A stretch of 64,000 bases of DNA. Source: Halodesulfurarchaeum sp. (GTDB lineage: Archaea; Halobacteriota; Halobacteria; Halobacteriales; Halobacteriaceae). Numbering within the stretch: position 1 is the first letter of the stretch; the number at the start of each line of letters is the position of its first letter. The notes beneath the pieces are model-generated. The model made no database searches, had not been told where the DNA came from, and worked only from the letters and a program-made list of their open reading frames with translations. Positions 1 through 12,830 of the stretch are shown one piece after another. Both the position numbers and the translations under genes were made by a program. The stretch covers positions 544,001-608,000 of the forward strand of contig JAXHNL010000002.1 of assembly GCA_034520565.1 (NCBI GenBank), in the 5' to 3' direction.

Positions 1-1
1 C

Positions 2-481
2 GCGACCGGATCCGTGGGCACACTCGACTGGAACGAGGACGTGCTCGAGATCGCGGCTGGCGAGGGCTTTTCGACGGCGACCGGGATCGCCGACCGGCTC
101 GCGACGAGCGGTCTCCCGTTCCGCACTGCCCACGAGATCGTCGCGACGACGGCCGAAGCGCTGGAAGCGGCGGGCGAACTGGACAGTGGAGCCCCCGACC
201 CGGACGTCACGATCGATGCGCTCGCCGAGGCCACGGTGGCCGTGACCGGGGACGAACTGTCCACGTTCGTCGATCGCGAGACCGTCGAGACGCTACTCGA
301 TCCGCGAGAAAGCGTCGCAGCCCGCGACTCGCGTGGCGGCCCAGCACCGTCCAAGGCCGAGGCGTCAATCGCGTCGGCCAGTCGGACTCTCGAAGCCGAT
401 CGCTCGAAACTCGCGGGACTCCGGGTACCACTCGAGAGCGCCGAGACCGCTCGCATGGAGGCAGTCGAACAGTATGTGTAG
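2..481 (+). CDS. argH: Argininosuccinate lyase, C-terminal part (5' truncated by the window edge)
   Basis: Motifs GFSTATGIADRL, GLPFRTAHEIV and RDSRGGPAP match the ArgH C-terminus; the frame is open to the window start; lies upstream of lysW/argX. Confidence 0.9.
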   Translation, partial: ATGSVGTLDWNEDVLEIAAGEGFSTATGIADRLATSGLPFRTAHEIVATTAEALEAAGELDSGAPDPDVTIDALAEATVAVTGDELSTFVDRETVETLLDPRESVAARDSRGGPAPSKAEASIASASRTLEADRSKLAGLRVPLESAETARMEAVEQYV

Positions 482-676
482 CACCGTTTTCCGCCGGAAC
501 CACCCGCGCCCAAAACAACTCCGATAACCGATACTATCAACCCAAGACGATACCGTACTGACCCGCAAACCGGGCTCGCAGGCGTGTTTTTCACCGATAG
601 CCGTCGCTGGGAGTAATATATAATTGCTGATAAGTTCGGAACGCTTAAGGTAATCCCTCGCCTACGATCGGCTGCT

Positions 677-841
677 ATGACAACGTGTCCGGAATGCGGG
701 GCCGAGGTGACCCTGCACGACTCGATCGAAGTGGGAGAGATCGTCGACTGTGCGACCTGCGGGAGCGAACTGGAAGTCATCGAGGAGGACCCGGTCGTCC
801 TCGATTTGGCGCCGGAGCTCGACGAGGACTGGGGGGAGTGA
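677..841 (+). CDS. lysW: Amino-group carrier protein LysW/ArgW, 54 aa (not in the ORF track)
   Basis: Hand translation MTTCPECGAEVTLHDSIEVGEIVDCATCGSELEVIEEDPVVLDLAPELDEDWGE*: two CxxC motifs and the C-terminal EDWGE signature; TGATG overlap with the next gene. Confidence 0.97.
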   Translation: MTTCPECGAEVTLHDSIEVGEIVDCATCGSELEVIEEDPVVLDLAPELDEDWGE

Positions 842-1719
842 TGAAAGTCGGCCTCCTCTACTCGCGGATCCGCACGGACGAGAAGCTCCTGCTCGAGGAG
901 CTCCGCGAGCGGGGTCACGAGGTCGTCAAGATCGACGTGCGCGAACAGCAGTTCGGCCTCTCGGGCTCCAGCGTCGACGCGGCTGAACTGGACATCGTCG
1001 TCGACCGGTGTGTCGCCACGAGTCGGTCGATGTACGTCACCGAGTTCTTCGCCTCCTACGGCGTCCCCATCGTCAACTCGCCGGAGGTGGCAAGCACCTG
1101 CTCGGACAAAGTGAAAACCAGCCTCGCTCTCGAGGAGGCCGGCATTCCGACCCCCGACACCCGAGTCGCGTTCACGCGCGAGGCCGCTCTGGCGGCCATC
1201 GAGGACTTCGGCTACCCCGTCGTCCTCAAGCCCGTCGTGGGTTCGTGGGGGCGCCTGATGGCCCGGATCGAGGACGACCACGCCGCGGAGGCCATCCTCG
1301 AGCACAAGGAGACCCTGGGCCACTACGAGCACAAGATCTTCTACATCCAGGAGTTCGTGGACAAGCCCGGCCGCGATCTCCGCGTGCTCTCTCTCGACGG
1401 CGAGCCGGTCGCCGGGATGATCCGTTCGGCGGATCACTGGATCACGAACGCCCACCGTGGAGCCGAGACACAGGTCCTCGACATTACCCCGGAAATCGCG
1501 GACCTCGTCCGCCGGGCGAGCGACGCCGTCGGCGGTGGCCTGCTCGGCGTCGACCTCATGGAGACCGAGGACGGGTACACCATCCACGAGATCAACCACA
1601 CCGTCGAGTACAAGGCCCTCGCCGACGCCGTCGACATCGACATCGTGGGCGAGGTCGTCGACTGGCTCGAGGAGAAAGCCGCGGCAACCGAGAACGGCGC
1701 CGAGAAAGCGACGCTGTAA
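841..1719 (+). CDS. lysX: LysX/ArgX ATP-grasp ligase (LysW-glutamate/aminoadipate ligase)
   Basis: MKVGLLYSRIR start; KPVVGSWGRL, HWITN and EINHTVEYKAL motifs. True start is ATG 841, not 685. Confidence 0.93.
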   Translation: MKVGLLYSRIRTDEKLLLEELRERGHEVVKIDVREQQFGLSGSSVDAAELDIVVDRCVATSRSMYVTEFFASYGVPIVNSPEVASTCSDKVKTSLALEEAGIPTPDTRVAFTREAALAAIEDFGYPVVLKPVVGSWGRLMARIEDDHAAEAILEHKETLGHYEHKIFYIQEFVDKPGRDLRVLSLDGEPVAGMIRSADHWITNAHRGAETQVLDITPEIADLVRRASDAVGGGLLGVDLMETEDGYTIHEINHTVEYKALADAVDIDIVGEVVDWLEEKAAATENGAEKATL

Positions 1720-1797
1720 GCTGATCGGCACGCGTCGGCTCGATCAGCGTTTGCGGGCTTCGGGTGCTATTTGTAGCGTGACCTGCTGGGTTGAGCC

Positions 1798-3051
1798 ATG
1801 ACTGACCTGTCACTCTCGGGGCCAGTGCCCGAGGAAAGCCAGGACGGGGTCTGGCTCGCGTGTATCGACTGTGGCGAAACCTACGCCCCCTTCGAGGAGC
1901 CGATCTACGAGTGTTCGAACTGCGGCTCGCTCCTCGAGGCCCGGTACGAGGAGTACCACGATCTCGAATCCCTCTCCGGAAGCGGCGTCTGGCGGTACAA
2001 AAAGGCCCTTCCGGTCGATCACGGCGTGACGATCGAGGAGGGAAACACCCCGCTCTACGAGGCGCCGAAAATCGAGGCCGACGTGGGCGTCGCCGACCTC
2101 CGAGTCAAGCACGAGGGGATGAACCCGACGGGCAGTTTCAAGGACCGGGGCATGACCGTCGGGGTCCGGGTGGCCGAACGCATCGGCGTCGGCCGGCTCG
2201 CGTGTGCGAGCACCGGCAACACGAGTGCCGCGCTGGCGGCCTACGGCGCCAGGGCCGACAAGGAAACGCTCGTCCTGCTCCCCGAGGGGAAGGTCGCGGC
2301 GGGGAAACTCGCGCAGGCCAGCCTCCACGGGGCGACGATGCTCGAAGTCGAGGGGAACTTCGACGACTGTCTGGACATCGTCTCGGAACTCGCCGATCGG
2401 GGCGAGGTCTACCTCCTCAACTCGCTGAACCCGTTCCGCCTCGAGGGCCAGAAGACCATCGGCCTCGAGATCATCGAGCAGTTCCGCGAGCAGACAGGAG
2501 AGCTCCCGGACCGCATCGTCCTCCCGGTCGGGAACGCCGGGAACACCGCCGCCCTCCACAAGGCCTTCCGAGAACTGGTCGAGGCCGGCGAGATCGACGA
2601 GGAGGAGGTGCCCACACTCACCGGGGTCCAGGCCGCCGGGGCCGCCCCGATGGTCGAGGCCATCGAAAGCGGCGCGGACACGGTCACCCGCTGGGAGGAC
2701 GTCGAAACCAGAGCCACTGCGATCCGGATTGGCGAACCGGTGAACTGGCCGAAGGCGATTCCGGCGATCCGCCAGACAGGGGGGACGGCCGTCGCCGTCG
2801 AGGACGAGGCGATCACCCGCGCCCAGCGGGACCTCGCCGAAGACGGTATCGGGGTCGAGCCCGCGAGTGCCGCCTCGGTGGCGGGCCTGCGCAAACTTCG
2901 CGAGGCCGGGGCAATCGGAGCCGACGAACAGGTCGTCTGCCTCACCACCGGCCACCTCCTCAAGGACCCCGATGCCGCCGCTGCGGCCGGTCGGAATCCA
3001 CAGACGGTGCCGAACTCGGTCGAGGCAGTGCTCGAGGCGGCCGACGAGTAA
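1798..3051 (+). CDS. thrC: Threonine synthase
   Basis: N-terminal Zn ribbon; NPTGSFKDRG (PLP lysine), CASTGNTS, PVGNAGN and TGHLLKDP. Confidence 0.93.
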   Translation: MTDLSLSGPVPEESQDGVWLACIDCGETYAPFEEPIYECSNCGSLLEARYEEYHDLESLSGSGVWRYKKALPVDHGVTIEEGNTPLYEAPKIEADVGVADLRVKHEGMNPTGSFKDRGMTVGVRVAERIGVGRLACASTGNTSAALAAYGARADKETLVLLPEGKVAAGKLAQASLHGATMLEVEGNFDDCLDIVSELADRGEVYLLNSLNPFRLEGQKTIGLEIIEQFREQTGELPDRIVLPVGNAGNTAALHKAFRELVEAGEIDEEEVPTLTGVQAAGAAPMVEAIESGADTVTRWEDVETRATAIRIGEPVNWPKAIPAIRQTGGTAVAVEDEAITRAQRDLAEDGIGVEPASAASVAGLRKLREAGAIGADEQVVCLTTGHLLKDPDAAAAAGRNPQTVPNSVEAVLEAADE

Positions 3052-3069
3052 CTGCCCTTTAACAGGCGA

Positions 3070-4248
3070 TCAGGACGACGCCCGGATTTCTCGCTTGTCA
3101 CGCTTCGACGGCCCGCTCCCCAAAAAATCCACGAGCGGCTCGATCACCGTCTCCGGGCGGGCCAGAAACGCGTCGTGGCCGTAGTCGTCGACGATCCGCT
3201 CGAATGTGACACTGGCCCCGGCCGCCTCGAATGCGTCGGCGACCTCGCGCCCCTGTTCGACGGTGAACTGCCAGTCGCCCGTGTAGCTCAGGACCAGTGC
3301 AGAGCCCTCGAAGTCCGTGAGGGCCTCGGCCGGGGAGGCGTGGCCCCTGGAGAACTCGTACTCGTCCATCGCGCGGAGGAGGTAGAGGTAGCTGTTGGCG
3401 TCGAAGCGGTCGGTGAACGTGCTGGCGTTGTAATCGAGGTAGGAGGCCACGTCGCGGTACTCGAAGGCCTCGGCGGTGGGGTCCTCGAGCCCGACGAGCA
3501 TCCGATCGGCGGCCCGGCGCCCGAACCGGTTCTGCATCGAGTCCTTCGAGAGGTACTGCACGTGGCCGATCCGGCGGGCCTGCCCCAGTCCGTCTACGGG
3601 ACCGGGGCCGCCGTAATAGTTCCCGCCCTGGTAGTTCGGGTCCTGGGTGATGGCGCGCCGGGCGATCGAGTCGAGGGCGAGGTTCTGGGTGTCGACCCGG
3701 AACGCCGTCGCGACGGCGACGATCCGTTCGACGCGTTCGGGATACGTGCGGGCCCACTCGAGGGCGTTCATCCCGCCGACACTCCCCCCGACGACCGCGT
3801 AGAGGGTACCGACGTCGAGTTCGTCGAGGAGACGGGCCTGGGCCCGTACCCAGTCGGTGATGGTAACCGGCGGAAAGTCCGGCCCGTAGGGCTCCCCGTC
3901 CGGACCGAACGAGGCCGGACCGGTGGTTCCATAGCAGGAGCCGGGCACGTTCGCGACGATCACGAAGAACTGCTCGGTGTCGATCGCCCGGCCCGGCCCG
4001 ACGACGTCGCTCCACCAGCCGGCGGCCTGACCGTCGATCCCCTCCGGGCCGCTGCCCGTGACGTACTGGCTGCCGGTCAGGGCGTGGGTCACGAGGACTG
4101 GCGGGTTCGACGGGTCTCCGAAGGTCTCGTAGGCAATATCGAGGTCGACCGAGCCACCCCGCTCGAACTCGAAGTGACCGACCGAGACCTGCCTGGTCGG
4201 CGGAACGAGCGGACCGCCCGGATTGGAGGGAAATTGTTCACCTGTCAT
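3070..4248 (-). CDS. metX: Homoserine O-acetyltransferase
   Basis: HALTG, GGSVGG nucleophile, RFDANSY and GHDAFL. Confidence 0.9.
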   Translation of the reverse strand: MTGEQFPSNPGGPLVPPTRQVSVGHFEFERGGSVDLDIAYETFGDPSNPPVLVTHALTGSQYVTGSGPEGIDGQAAGWWSDVVGPGRAIDTEQFFVIVANVPGSCYGTTGPASFGPDGEPYGPDFPPVTITDWVRAQARLLDELDVGTLYAVVGGSVGGMNALEWARTYPERVERIVAVATAFRVDTQNLALDSIARRAITQDPNYQGGNYYGGPGPVDGLGQARRIGHVQYLSKDSMQNRFGRRAADRMLVGLEDPTAEAFEYRDVASYLDYNASTFTDRFDANSYLYLLRAMDEYEFSRGHASPAEALTDFEGSALVLSYTGDWQFTVEQGREVADAFEAAGASVTFERIVDDYGHDAFLARPETVIEPLVDFLGSGPSKRDKREIRASS

Positions 4249-4406
4249 GTCTGGTGTGCATATTCCTCAGCGACTATATTACTGCTATGTAAGTTGGCGC
4301 TTGTAAGTGTTGCTATCCCGGCCCGGTCGTTCCGATCGCGGTGGTTTCGGATCGGACCACCCAGTAGCAAACGTTCACTACCCCGGGCGTCAAACTGTCA
4401 AGGAGT

Positions 4407-5363
4407 ATGGTCAAGTTCCGGCAACTATTCGATTTTACCCCTCGACGGATCGCCGGCGGGTATGCCGTCTCGGGTGCGGCGTGGATAGCGCTGTCGGACC
4501 GAGTGGTCTTTGACCTATTCGGCAGCGCGTCGGCCAGTGTCCTGATACAGACGGTCAAAGGGTGGATCTTCGTCGGCGTTTCCGCGGGGCTTCTCTTCGG
4601 GCTGACCCGCGTTCGAGAGGAACAACTCGAGGCCTCAAAGCGCCGCGCGATCGCCACGGGCCAACAACTCCAGGTCCTCCAGCGGCTCTTTCGCCACAAC
4701 GTCCGTAACGACATGACGGTGGTCCGTGGAAACGTCTCGTTAATCCGGGAGCAGAACGCGGACCCGACGGTCGAGACCTGGTTGGGGGAAATCGAGGAGT
4801 CCACGACCGATCTGCTCGCGATGAGTGAAAAACTGCAGATCCTCAACGACGTCGAGGTCGGCGAGAACCCCGAAAGGGCCGTCGATATCGTGTCGGTAAT
4901 CGAGATGGAAGTAAATCGGTGCCAGGATTCCTATCCCGAGGCAACCATCGAAACTGACCTCCCGGAACAGCGCTCCGTCGAGGCCGACTGGTCGATCCAG
5001 TACGCGATCCGGGAGGCCCTCCAGAATGCGATGGACCATCACAACACACCGGAGGCGGAACGGCACGTCGAGATCACGTGTGCGGAGACGGTGAGCGAGG
5101 TCAGGATCGAAATCGCGGACGACGGCCCGGGAATTCCGGCCGACGAGATCGCCCCGATCGAGTCGGGAACGGAGAGCCCACTGGCCCACGGCAGCGGCGT
5201 CGGCCTCTGGATCATCGCGTGGCTCTGCCAGAGTTTCGACGGATCGATCGATTTCGACGGATCCGATGGCACGACCGTCGGAATGACGTTCACCCGCGCC
5301 GATCCGATCGAACAGGTCACCGGTCGCATCAAACACGAGCTGTACGCGGCACCCGGCGAATAG
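4407..5363 (+). CDS. Membrane sensor histidine kinase (orphan)
   Basis: Two N-terminal TM segments; H-box RHNVRND, N-box NAMDH, DDGPGIP and HGSGVGLW. Confidence 0.85.
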   Translation: MVKFRQLFDFTPRRIAGGYAVSGAAWIALSDRVVFDLFGSASASVLIQTVKGWIFVGVSAGLLFGLTRVREEQLEASKRRAIATGQQLQVLQRLFRHNVRNDMTVVRGNVSLIREQNADPTVETWLGEIEESTTDLLAMSEKLQILNDVEVGENPERAVDIVSVIEMEVNRCQDSYPEATIETDLPEQRSVEADWSIQYAIREALQNAMDHHNTPEAERHVEITCAETVSEVRIEIADDGPGIPADEIAPIESGTESPLAHGSGVGLWIIAWLCQSFDGSIDFDGSDGTTVGMTFTRADPIEQVTGRIKHELYAAPGE

Positions 5364-5419
5364 ATGCGTGACTGCGACGGTCACGGACCGACCCGCCCCC
5401 GGCCGGGTCCCAAACGTAA

Positions 5420-7573
<2,154 letters not shown>

Positions 7574-7667
7574 TCGGACCGCTTGCCTCGGGGTCCCGTC
7601 AGTTGTTGGCCGGTATTACGTCACAAACCGGGTGCATTCAAATGGGGGTCCCACGAAAACTACTCGG

Positions 7668-8264
7668 ATGAGTTGGCAGTCCGACGTCGACCAACTGCTC
7701 TACGCCGGCGAGACGGTCCTCGCCAAGGTCGCGGGCCACGAGGCCGCGATCGCCGTCACGAGCCACCGGGTCCTCGTCTTCACGCCGGGCGTGGAGGGAC
7801 CGAACGTCCAAACCTTCCATCGGCCGAACGTCACCGGCCTGTCCAAACGCGCCAGCGGGTCGGGCCGGTGGCTCAGGGCCGGGGCGAAGTGGCTGGTCCT
7901 CGGAGTCGCCCTCACGATCGTCGGCTCGCTCATCGACCTCGAGGGCGTCCTCGGAAACGTCTCCACGGAAGGGACCGCGGGCGAGGTCGACGTGGGCTGG
8001 ATCGGTGGCCTGTTCGACCTCTTCAGCACGGTTTTCGCCCTCCTCGACGACGTCCTGCTCCTCGGTGGGATCCTCTCCAGTATCGCCGGCTTGGTTTTCG
8101 TCGCCGGGTACCTCAAGAGCCGGGCCTCGGTCGTCACGATCGAGGTGGCCGGGGAGGGGGACGTCGACCTCCCCGCCGCCGGCTTCAGCGACTCCGACGT
8201 CGGGAAACTCGCGGACGCCATCGACCCCACTGTAGCGGTCGATTCAAAGCCGTCGAGCCGGTAG
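7668..8264 (+). CDS. Conserved hypothetical membrane protein
   Basis: ATG 7668; two hydrophobic segments; haloarchaeal codon usage; ends 7 nt before uvrC. Confidence 0.7.
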   Translation: MSWQSDVDQLLYAGETVLAKVAGHEAAIAVTSHRVLVFTPGVEGPNVQTFHRPNVTGLSKRASGSGRWLRAGAKWLVLGVALTIVGSLIDLEGVLGNVSTEGTAGEVDVGWIGGLFDLFSTVFALLDDVLLLGGILSSIAGLVFVAGYLKSRASVVTIEVAGEGDVDLPAAGFSDSDVGKLADAIDPTVAVDSKPSSR

Positions 8265-8271
8265 CGCCGGT

Positions 8272-10005
8272 ATGGACGCCGAACGGGTACGGGCGCGGGC
8301 CGGAGAACTTTCCCGCGAGCCCGGCGTCTACCAGTTTTTCGACGGTGGTCGGGTCCTGTACGTCGGAAAGGCCGTCGACATCCACGATCGCGTGCGAACC
8401 TATGCCGATCCCAGAACCGAGCGAGTTCGGGAGATGGTCGCCCGGGCCGACGCGATCGACGTCGCCGTGACCGACACGGAGACCCAGGCGCTGCTCCTCG
8501 AGGCGAACCTCATCAAGCGCCACCAGCCGCGATACAACGTCCGGCTCAAGGACGACAAGTCCTACCCGCTCGTCCAGCTGACCGATCACGAGTTCCCCCG
8601 GATCGAGATCACCCGAGATCCCGATTCCGGGTCGACGGCCTACGGCCCCTTCACCGACAAGGGACAGCTCGAATCGGTACTCAAGGCCATCCGGGAGACC
8701 ACCGGCCTGCGCGGGTGTTCGGATCACAAGTTCGCGAACCGGGATCGCCCCTGCCTCGATTACGACATGGGCCTCTGTTCGGCCCCCTGTACCGGCGAAA
8801 TCGACGCCCCGAGGTACGCGGAGCAGCTCCAACAGGCGACGGCCTTCTTCGAGGGCGAAACCGGTGCGATCGCCGAACCCCTCACCGCCGAAATGGATCG
8901 GGCCGCCGAGCGCCAGGCCTTCGAGCGGGCCGCCCATCTCCGGGACCGACTCGAGACCGTTCGAGCGTTTCACGGGACCGGCGGGGACGCCGTCGTCGAC
9001 ACCGGCGGCTCGCGGTCCGTCGATGTCCTCGGGGTGGCCGTGGAGGGGACGGCGGCGACGGTCGCCCGGCTTCACAGCGACGGCGGCAAGCTCGTCGACC
9101 GGGAGCAGTACCGGGTAGAAGTGCCCGCGCACGGGGACGGCGTGCCCGGGATTCTGGCGGCCTTCGTTCCACAGTTCTACGCGGAACGAGACCTTCCGGA
9201 CGCCCTGTTGTTGCCCCAGGACCCGGAGTCCACGGAGGTATCCGAATGGCTCGACGCGGCGGGCGTCGAGATGCGCGTTCCCGGTGCCGGGCGGGAGGCG
9301 CGGCTGGTCGATCTCGCGATGAAGAACGCCCACCAGGGGCCAACACGGGAGGACGGGCATCGCGCCCTCGCCGACGCCCTCGACATCCCCGTCCCGTCAC
9401 GAATCGAGGGCTTCGACGTGAGTCACGCGAGTGGCCGAGAGGTCGTCGGCAGCAACGTCGTCTTCCTCGACGGGCGGCCGGAGAAAGCCCACTACCGCCG
9501 GAAGAAACTCGTGGAGGCAAACGACGACTACGCGAACATGCACGCGTTGCTGACCTGGCGGGCGACCCGAGCCATCGAGGGGCGAGACGAGCGACCCGAC
9601 CCCGACCTCGTGCTGATCGACGGCGGCACGGGGCAGCTCGAGGCCGCCCAGGAGGCGATCGACACCGTCGGGTGGGACGTGCCGGTCGTTGCGCTCGCGA
9701 AGCGGGAGGAGGTCGTGCACACGCCGACCCGGCAGTTCGACTGGGACCACGACGCCCCGCAACTGCACCTCCTCCAGCGGGTCCGTGATGAAGCGCATCG
9801 GTTTGCCGTCCAGTACCACCAGACGCTGCGGGACGACGTCTCGACGGTTCTGGAATCCGTCGAGGGGATCGGTCCGGAGCGCCGGCGGCGGCTGCTCAGG
9901 CGCTTCGGAAGCGTCGTGGGGGTCCGAGAGGCGACCGCCGCGGAACTGCAGGACGTACCGGGGATCGGTGCGGAGACGGCCCGGGCCCTCGAGCGGCGGT
10001 TGTAA
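8272..10005 (+). CDS. uvrC: Excinuclease ABC subunit C
   Basis: GIY-YIG (PGVYQF..YVGKA), UVR motif [25 protein letters not shown] and HhH. Confidence 0.96.
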   Translation: MDAERVRARAGELSREPGVYQFFDGGRVLYVGKAVDIHDRVRTYADPRTERVREMVARADAIDVAVTDTETQALLLEANLIKRHQPRYNVRLKDDKSYPLVQLTDHEFPRIEITRDPDSGSTAYGPFTDKGQLESVLKAIRETTGLRGCSDHKFANRDRPCLDYDMGLCSAPCTGEIDAPRYAEQLQQATAFFEGETGAIAEPLTAEMDRAAERQAFERAAHLRDRLETVRAFHGTGGDAVVDTGGSRSVDVLGVAVEGTAATVARLHSDGGKLVDREQYRVEVPAHGDGVPGILAAFVPQFYAERDLPDALLLPQDPESTEVSEWLDAAGVEMRVPGAGREARLVDLAMKNAHQGPTREDGHRALADALDIPVPSRIEGFDVSHASGREVVGSNVVFLDGRPEKAHYRRKKLVEANDDYANMHALLTWRATRAIEGRDERPDPDLVLIDGGTGQLEAAQEAIDTVGWDVPVVALAKREEVVHTPTRQFDWDHDAPQLHLLQRVRDEAHRFAVQYHQTLRDDVSTVLESVEGIGPERRRRLLRRFGSVVGVREATAAELQDVPGIGAETARALERRL

Positions 10006-10031
10006 TCAGGTTAAGGGAAGGGCCGATGAAG

Positions 10032-10343
10032 TCACTCCGGCGCCGCCTCGAGGGCGACCTCGTGGATTTCGAGGGTTGGATGCCCCTCGAACATCTCGCG
10101 AGGGGCGTCGCCCCCGTGGGCGTCGGCGAACGCGTCGCTGTCGGTCCAGGCCTCAAAGGCCGCCCGGGATTCCCAGACGGTCATCGCGACGAAGGTGTGC
10201 GTGTCCTCCCCGGCCGGCCGGAGCAATTTGAAGTCCCGGAACCCGTCACGCTCTTCGATCGTTCCCTCGCGATTCGAGAACCGCTCGACGAACGCGTCCT
10301 CGTACCCCTCGGCGATTTCAAAGCGGTTTTGTACGACGATCAT
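10032..10343 (-). CDS. ABM-family protein, IsdG/HmoA-like heme-degrading monooxygenase
   Basis: N6, W66 and H76 positions; WESRAAFEAWTDSDAFADAH pattern. Confidence 0.75.
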   Translation of the reverse strand: MIVVQNRFEIAEGYEDAFVERFSNREGTIEERDGFRDFKLLRPAGEDTHTFVAMTVWESRAAFEAWTDSDAFADAHGGDAPREMFEGHPTLEIHEVALEAAPE

Positions 10344-10408
10344 ACCCGACCAACGGTCAACGGGAGCCTAACAGTTGGGGTCGGGGAACCGGGTCCGGCC
10401 GGCCCGTC

Positions 10409-12469
10409 TCACTCGACCGGCACGCCGCCGTCCTCGGGGGCCGGCTCGACCCCCGAATCGAGGTCGAACTCCCGCTCGAGCGTGCGGATGCGGTCCCGGA
10501 TGTCCGCCGCGAGTTCGAACTCCAGGTCCTGGGCGGCCGATTCCATCCGCGCCTCGAGGTCCTCGATCAGCACGGTGGCCTCCGACTCGTCGCTGGGCTC
10601 CAGCCCGCTGATGGAGGCGGGTTCCTCGCCGGAGCCGGGGAGGTCGATCTCGCCCACCGCCTTTTCGATCGTGCTCGGCTCGACGTCGTGGGTTTCGTTG
10701 AACGCCCGCTGGATCTCCCGGCGGCGACGGGTCTCGTCGATCGCGTCCTGCATCGCGTCGGTTTCCTCGTCGGCGTAGAGGACGACCTCCCCGCCGAGGT
10801 TCCGGGCGGCCCGGCCCATCGTCTGGATGAGCGAGGTCCGTGAGCGGAGGAAGCCCTGCCGGTCGGCGTCGAGGATGGCCACGAGGGACACTTCGGGGAT
10901 GTCCAGCCCTTCGCGGAGAAGGTTGATCCCGACGAGGACGTCGAACTCGCCCAATCGAAGGCCCCGGACGAGTTCGTGGCGCTCGAGGGTGTCGGTCTCG
11001 TCGTGCATGTACTCGATCCGTACCCCGGCTTCCTCGAGGTACTCGGTGAGGTCCTCGGCCATCCGCTTGGTGAGCGTCGTCACGAGCACCCGCTCCTCGC
11101 GGTCGACCCGGTCGTCGATCCGGGCCAGCAGGTCGTCGATCTGGTTCTCGGCGGGAGCGACCTCGACGGCGGGGTCGAGGAGGTAGGTCGGCCGGACGAT
11201 CTGTTCGACCACCTGGCCGGAATGCTCGCGCTCGTACTCGCTCGGCGTCGCGCTGACGTAGAGGGTGCGATCGGTCCGGGTCTCGAATTCCTCGAACGTG
11301 AGGGGGCGATTGTCGAAGGCGGTTGGCAGCCGGAAGCCGTTTTCGACGAGGGACTCCTTGCGGGATCGGTCGCCCTCGTGCTGGCCCCGGATCTGGGGGA
11401 CCGTGCGGTGTGACTCGTCGATGACGGTGAGAAAGTCATCGGGGAAGTAATCGAGCAGGGTGTACGGTGCCTCGCCCCGCTCGCGATCCGACAGGTAGAG
11501 TGCGTAGTTCTCGATGCCCGAGCAGTAGCCCGTTTCCTCGAGCATCTCGAGGTCGAAGGTGGTTCGCTCCTCGATGCGCTGGGCGGCGACCAGATCGCCC
11601 TGCCGCTCGAAGTACCGGACCCGCTCCTTCATGTCGGCCTCGATCTGCTCGATGGCCTGTTCGAGCCGGTCTTCGGGGAGCGAGTAGTGCTCGGCCGGGT
11701 GGATCAGGGTGGCCGGTTCCTCGGAGACGACGCTGTTCTCCAGCGGATCGAGCTTCGAGAGCCGGTCGATCTCGTCGCCCCAGAACTCGACCCGGACCGC
11801 GTAGCGGCCGTACATCGGGAAGATCTCGACGGTGTCCCCCCGAACGCGGAACGTGCCCTGGGTGAAGTCGACGTCGTTTCGCTCGTAGTTGAGGTCGACG
11901 AGCGAGGCCAGGAGCTCCTCGCGGTCGATGCGGTCGCCCCGTTCGAGCCGCAGGGCCATCTCCTCGTAGTTCGTCGGGTCGCCCAGCCCGTAGATAGCCG
12001 AGACGGAGGCGACGACGATCACGTCATCGCGCGTGAGCAGCGAGCGGGTCGCGGAGTGGCGCAACCGATCGATCTCCTCGTTGATCGAGGCGTCCTTGTC
12101 GATGTAGGTGTCACTCTGCTCGACGTAGGCCTCGGGCTGGTAGTAGTCGTAGTAGGAGACGAAGTACTCGACGGCGTTCTCGGGGAAGAGCTGGGTGAAC
12201 TCCTCGTAGAGCTGGGCCGCGAGCGTCTTGTTGTGGGCGATGACCAGCGTCGGGACGTCCAGCTCCTCGACCGTCCAGGAGACGGTGTTGGTCTTCCCGG
12301 AGCCGGTGACCCCGAGGAGGGTTTGTGCGCCCATCCCCGACCGGAAGCCCTCGACGAGCGCCTCGATGGCCTCGGGTTGGTCGCCGGCCGGGTCGAAGGG
12401 CGCCTCGACCCGAAAGGCCCGGTCGGCGTCGGGTCGGTCCGGGGAGAGTGGCCCTGCCGAATCGCTCAT
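10409..12469 (-). CDS. uvrB: Excinuclease ABC subunit B
   Basis: [38 protein letters not shown] and C-terminal UVR; likely start MSDSAG. Confidence 0.97.
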   Translation of the reverse strand: MSDSAGPLSPDRPDADRAFRVEAPFDPAGDQPEAIEALVEGFRSGMGAQTLLGVTGSGKTNTVSWTVEELDVPTLVIAHNKTLAAQLYEEFTQLFPENAVEYFVSYYDYYQPEAYVEQSDTYIDKDASINEEIDRLRHSATRSLLTRDDVIVVASVSAIYGLGDPTNYEEMALRLERGDRIDREELLASLVDLNYERNDVDFTQGTFRVRGDTVEIFPMYGRYAVRVEFWGDEIDRLSKLDPLENSVVSEEPATLIHPAEHYSLPEDRLEQAIEQIEADMKERVRYFERQGDLVAAQRIEERTTFDLEMLEETGYCSGIENYALYLSDRERGEAPYTLLDYFPDDFLTVIDESHRTVPQIRGQHEGDRSRKESLVENGFRLPTAFDNRPLTFEEFETRTDRTLYVSATPSEYEREHSGQVVEQIVRPTYLLDPAVEVAPAENQIDDLLARIDDRVDREERVLVTTLTKRMAEDLTEYLEEAGVRIEYMHDETDTLERHELVRGLRLGEFDVLVGINLLREGLDIPEVSLVAILDADRQGFLRSRTSLIQTMGRAARNLGGEVVLYADEETDAMQDAIDETRRRREIQRAFNETHDVEPSTIEKAVGEIDLPGSGEEPASISGLEPSDESEATVLIEDLEARMESAAQDLEFELAADIRDRIRTLEREFDLDSGVEPAPEDGGVPVE

Positions 12470-12800
12470 TACCCGAGTATAGGCGTCGAGCAACTTACGT
12501 TCGGTCCATGCAGTAGGTGAGACTGGCTCGATCCAGCTCAGCGGAACCTCCGTCTATCCGGTGACGACCGTCCATGGCGAACAGGTGACACCGTCAAACC
12601 GCGGCCACGGCGTGTCACACCGCCGGAAACTCGGCGGTCGGGGTCCGCTCTCGGGAGCCCGAGACCGGTGGATTGCCCCGCCATTTTCGAATCGTGGCCG
12701 AGCAGTTCGTCACATGGGCCGAGGTGGTCCGGTGTTCGGGGATAAACGTTCGGCCGAGTGAGGTCGACGGGGCGGTGCCCGAAGACCGCCAACGTGGGGC

Positions 12801-12820
12801 TTTTGTACCACTGGGTAAAA
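12801..12820 (+). promoter_or_regulatory. TATA-like element overlapping an imperfect palindrome upstream of thiB
   Basis: TTTTGTACCACTGGGTAAAA, 11-30 nt upstream of the ATG. Confidence 0.4.
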
Positions 12821-12830
12821 CAACTCGGTA

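Noticed and set aside
685-840. N-terminal extension of the LysX ORF in the track
   Set aside because: It is an alternate frame of lysW; LysX starts at ATG 841.
12494-12830. TPP riboswitch or small ORF upstream of thiB
   Set aside because: No CTGAGA core in a riboswitch context; candidate ORFs are Arg-rich and non-acidic. A GTGACAC/GTGTCAC hairpin is present but unsupported.
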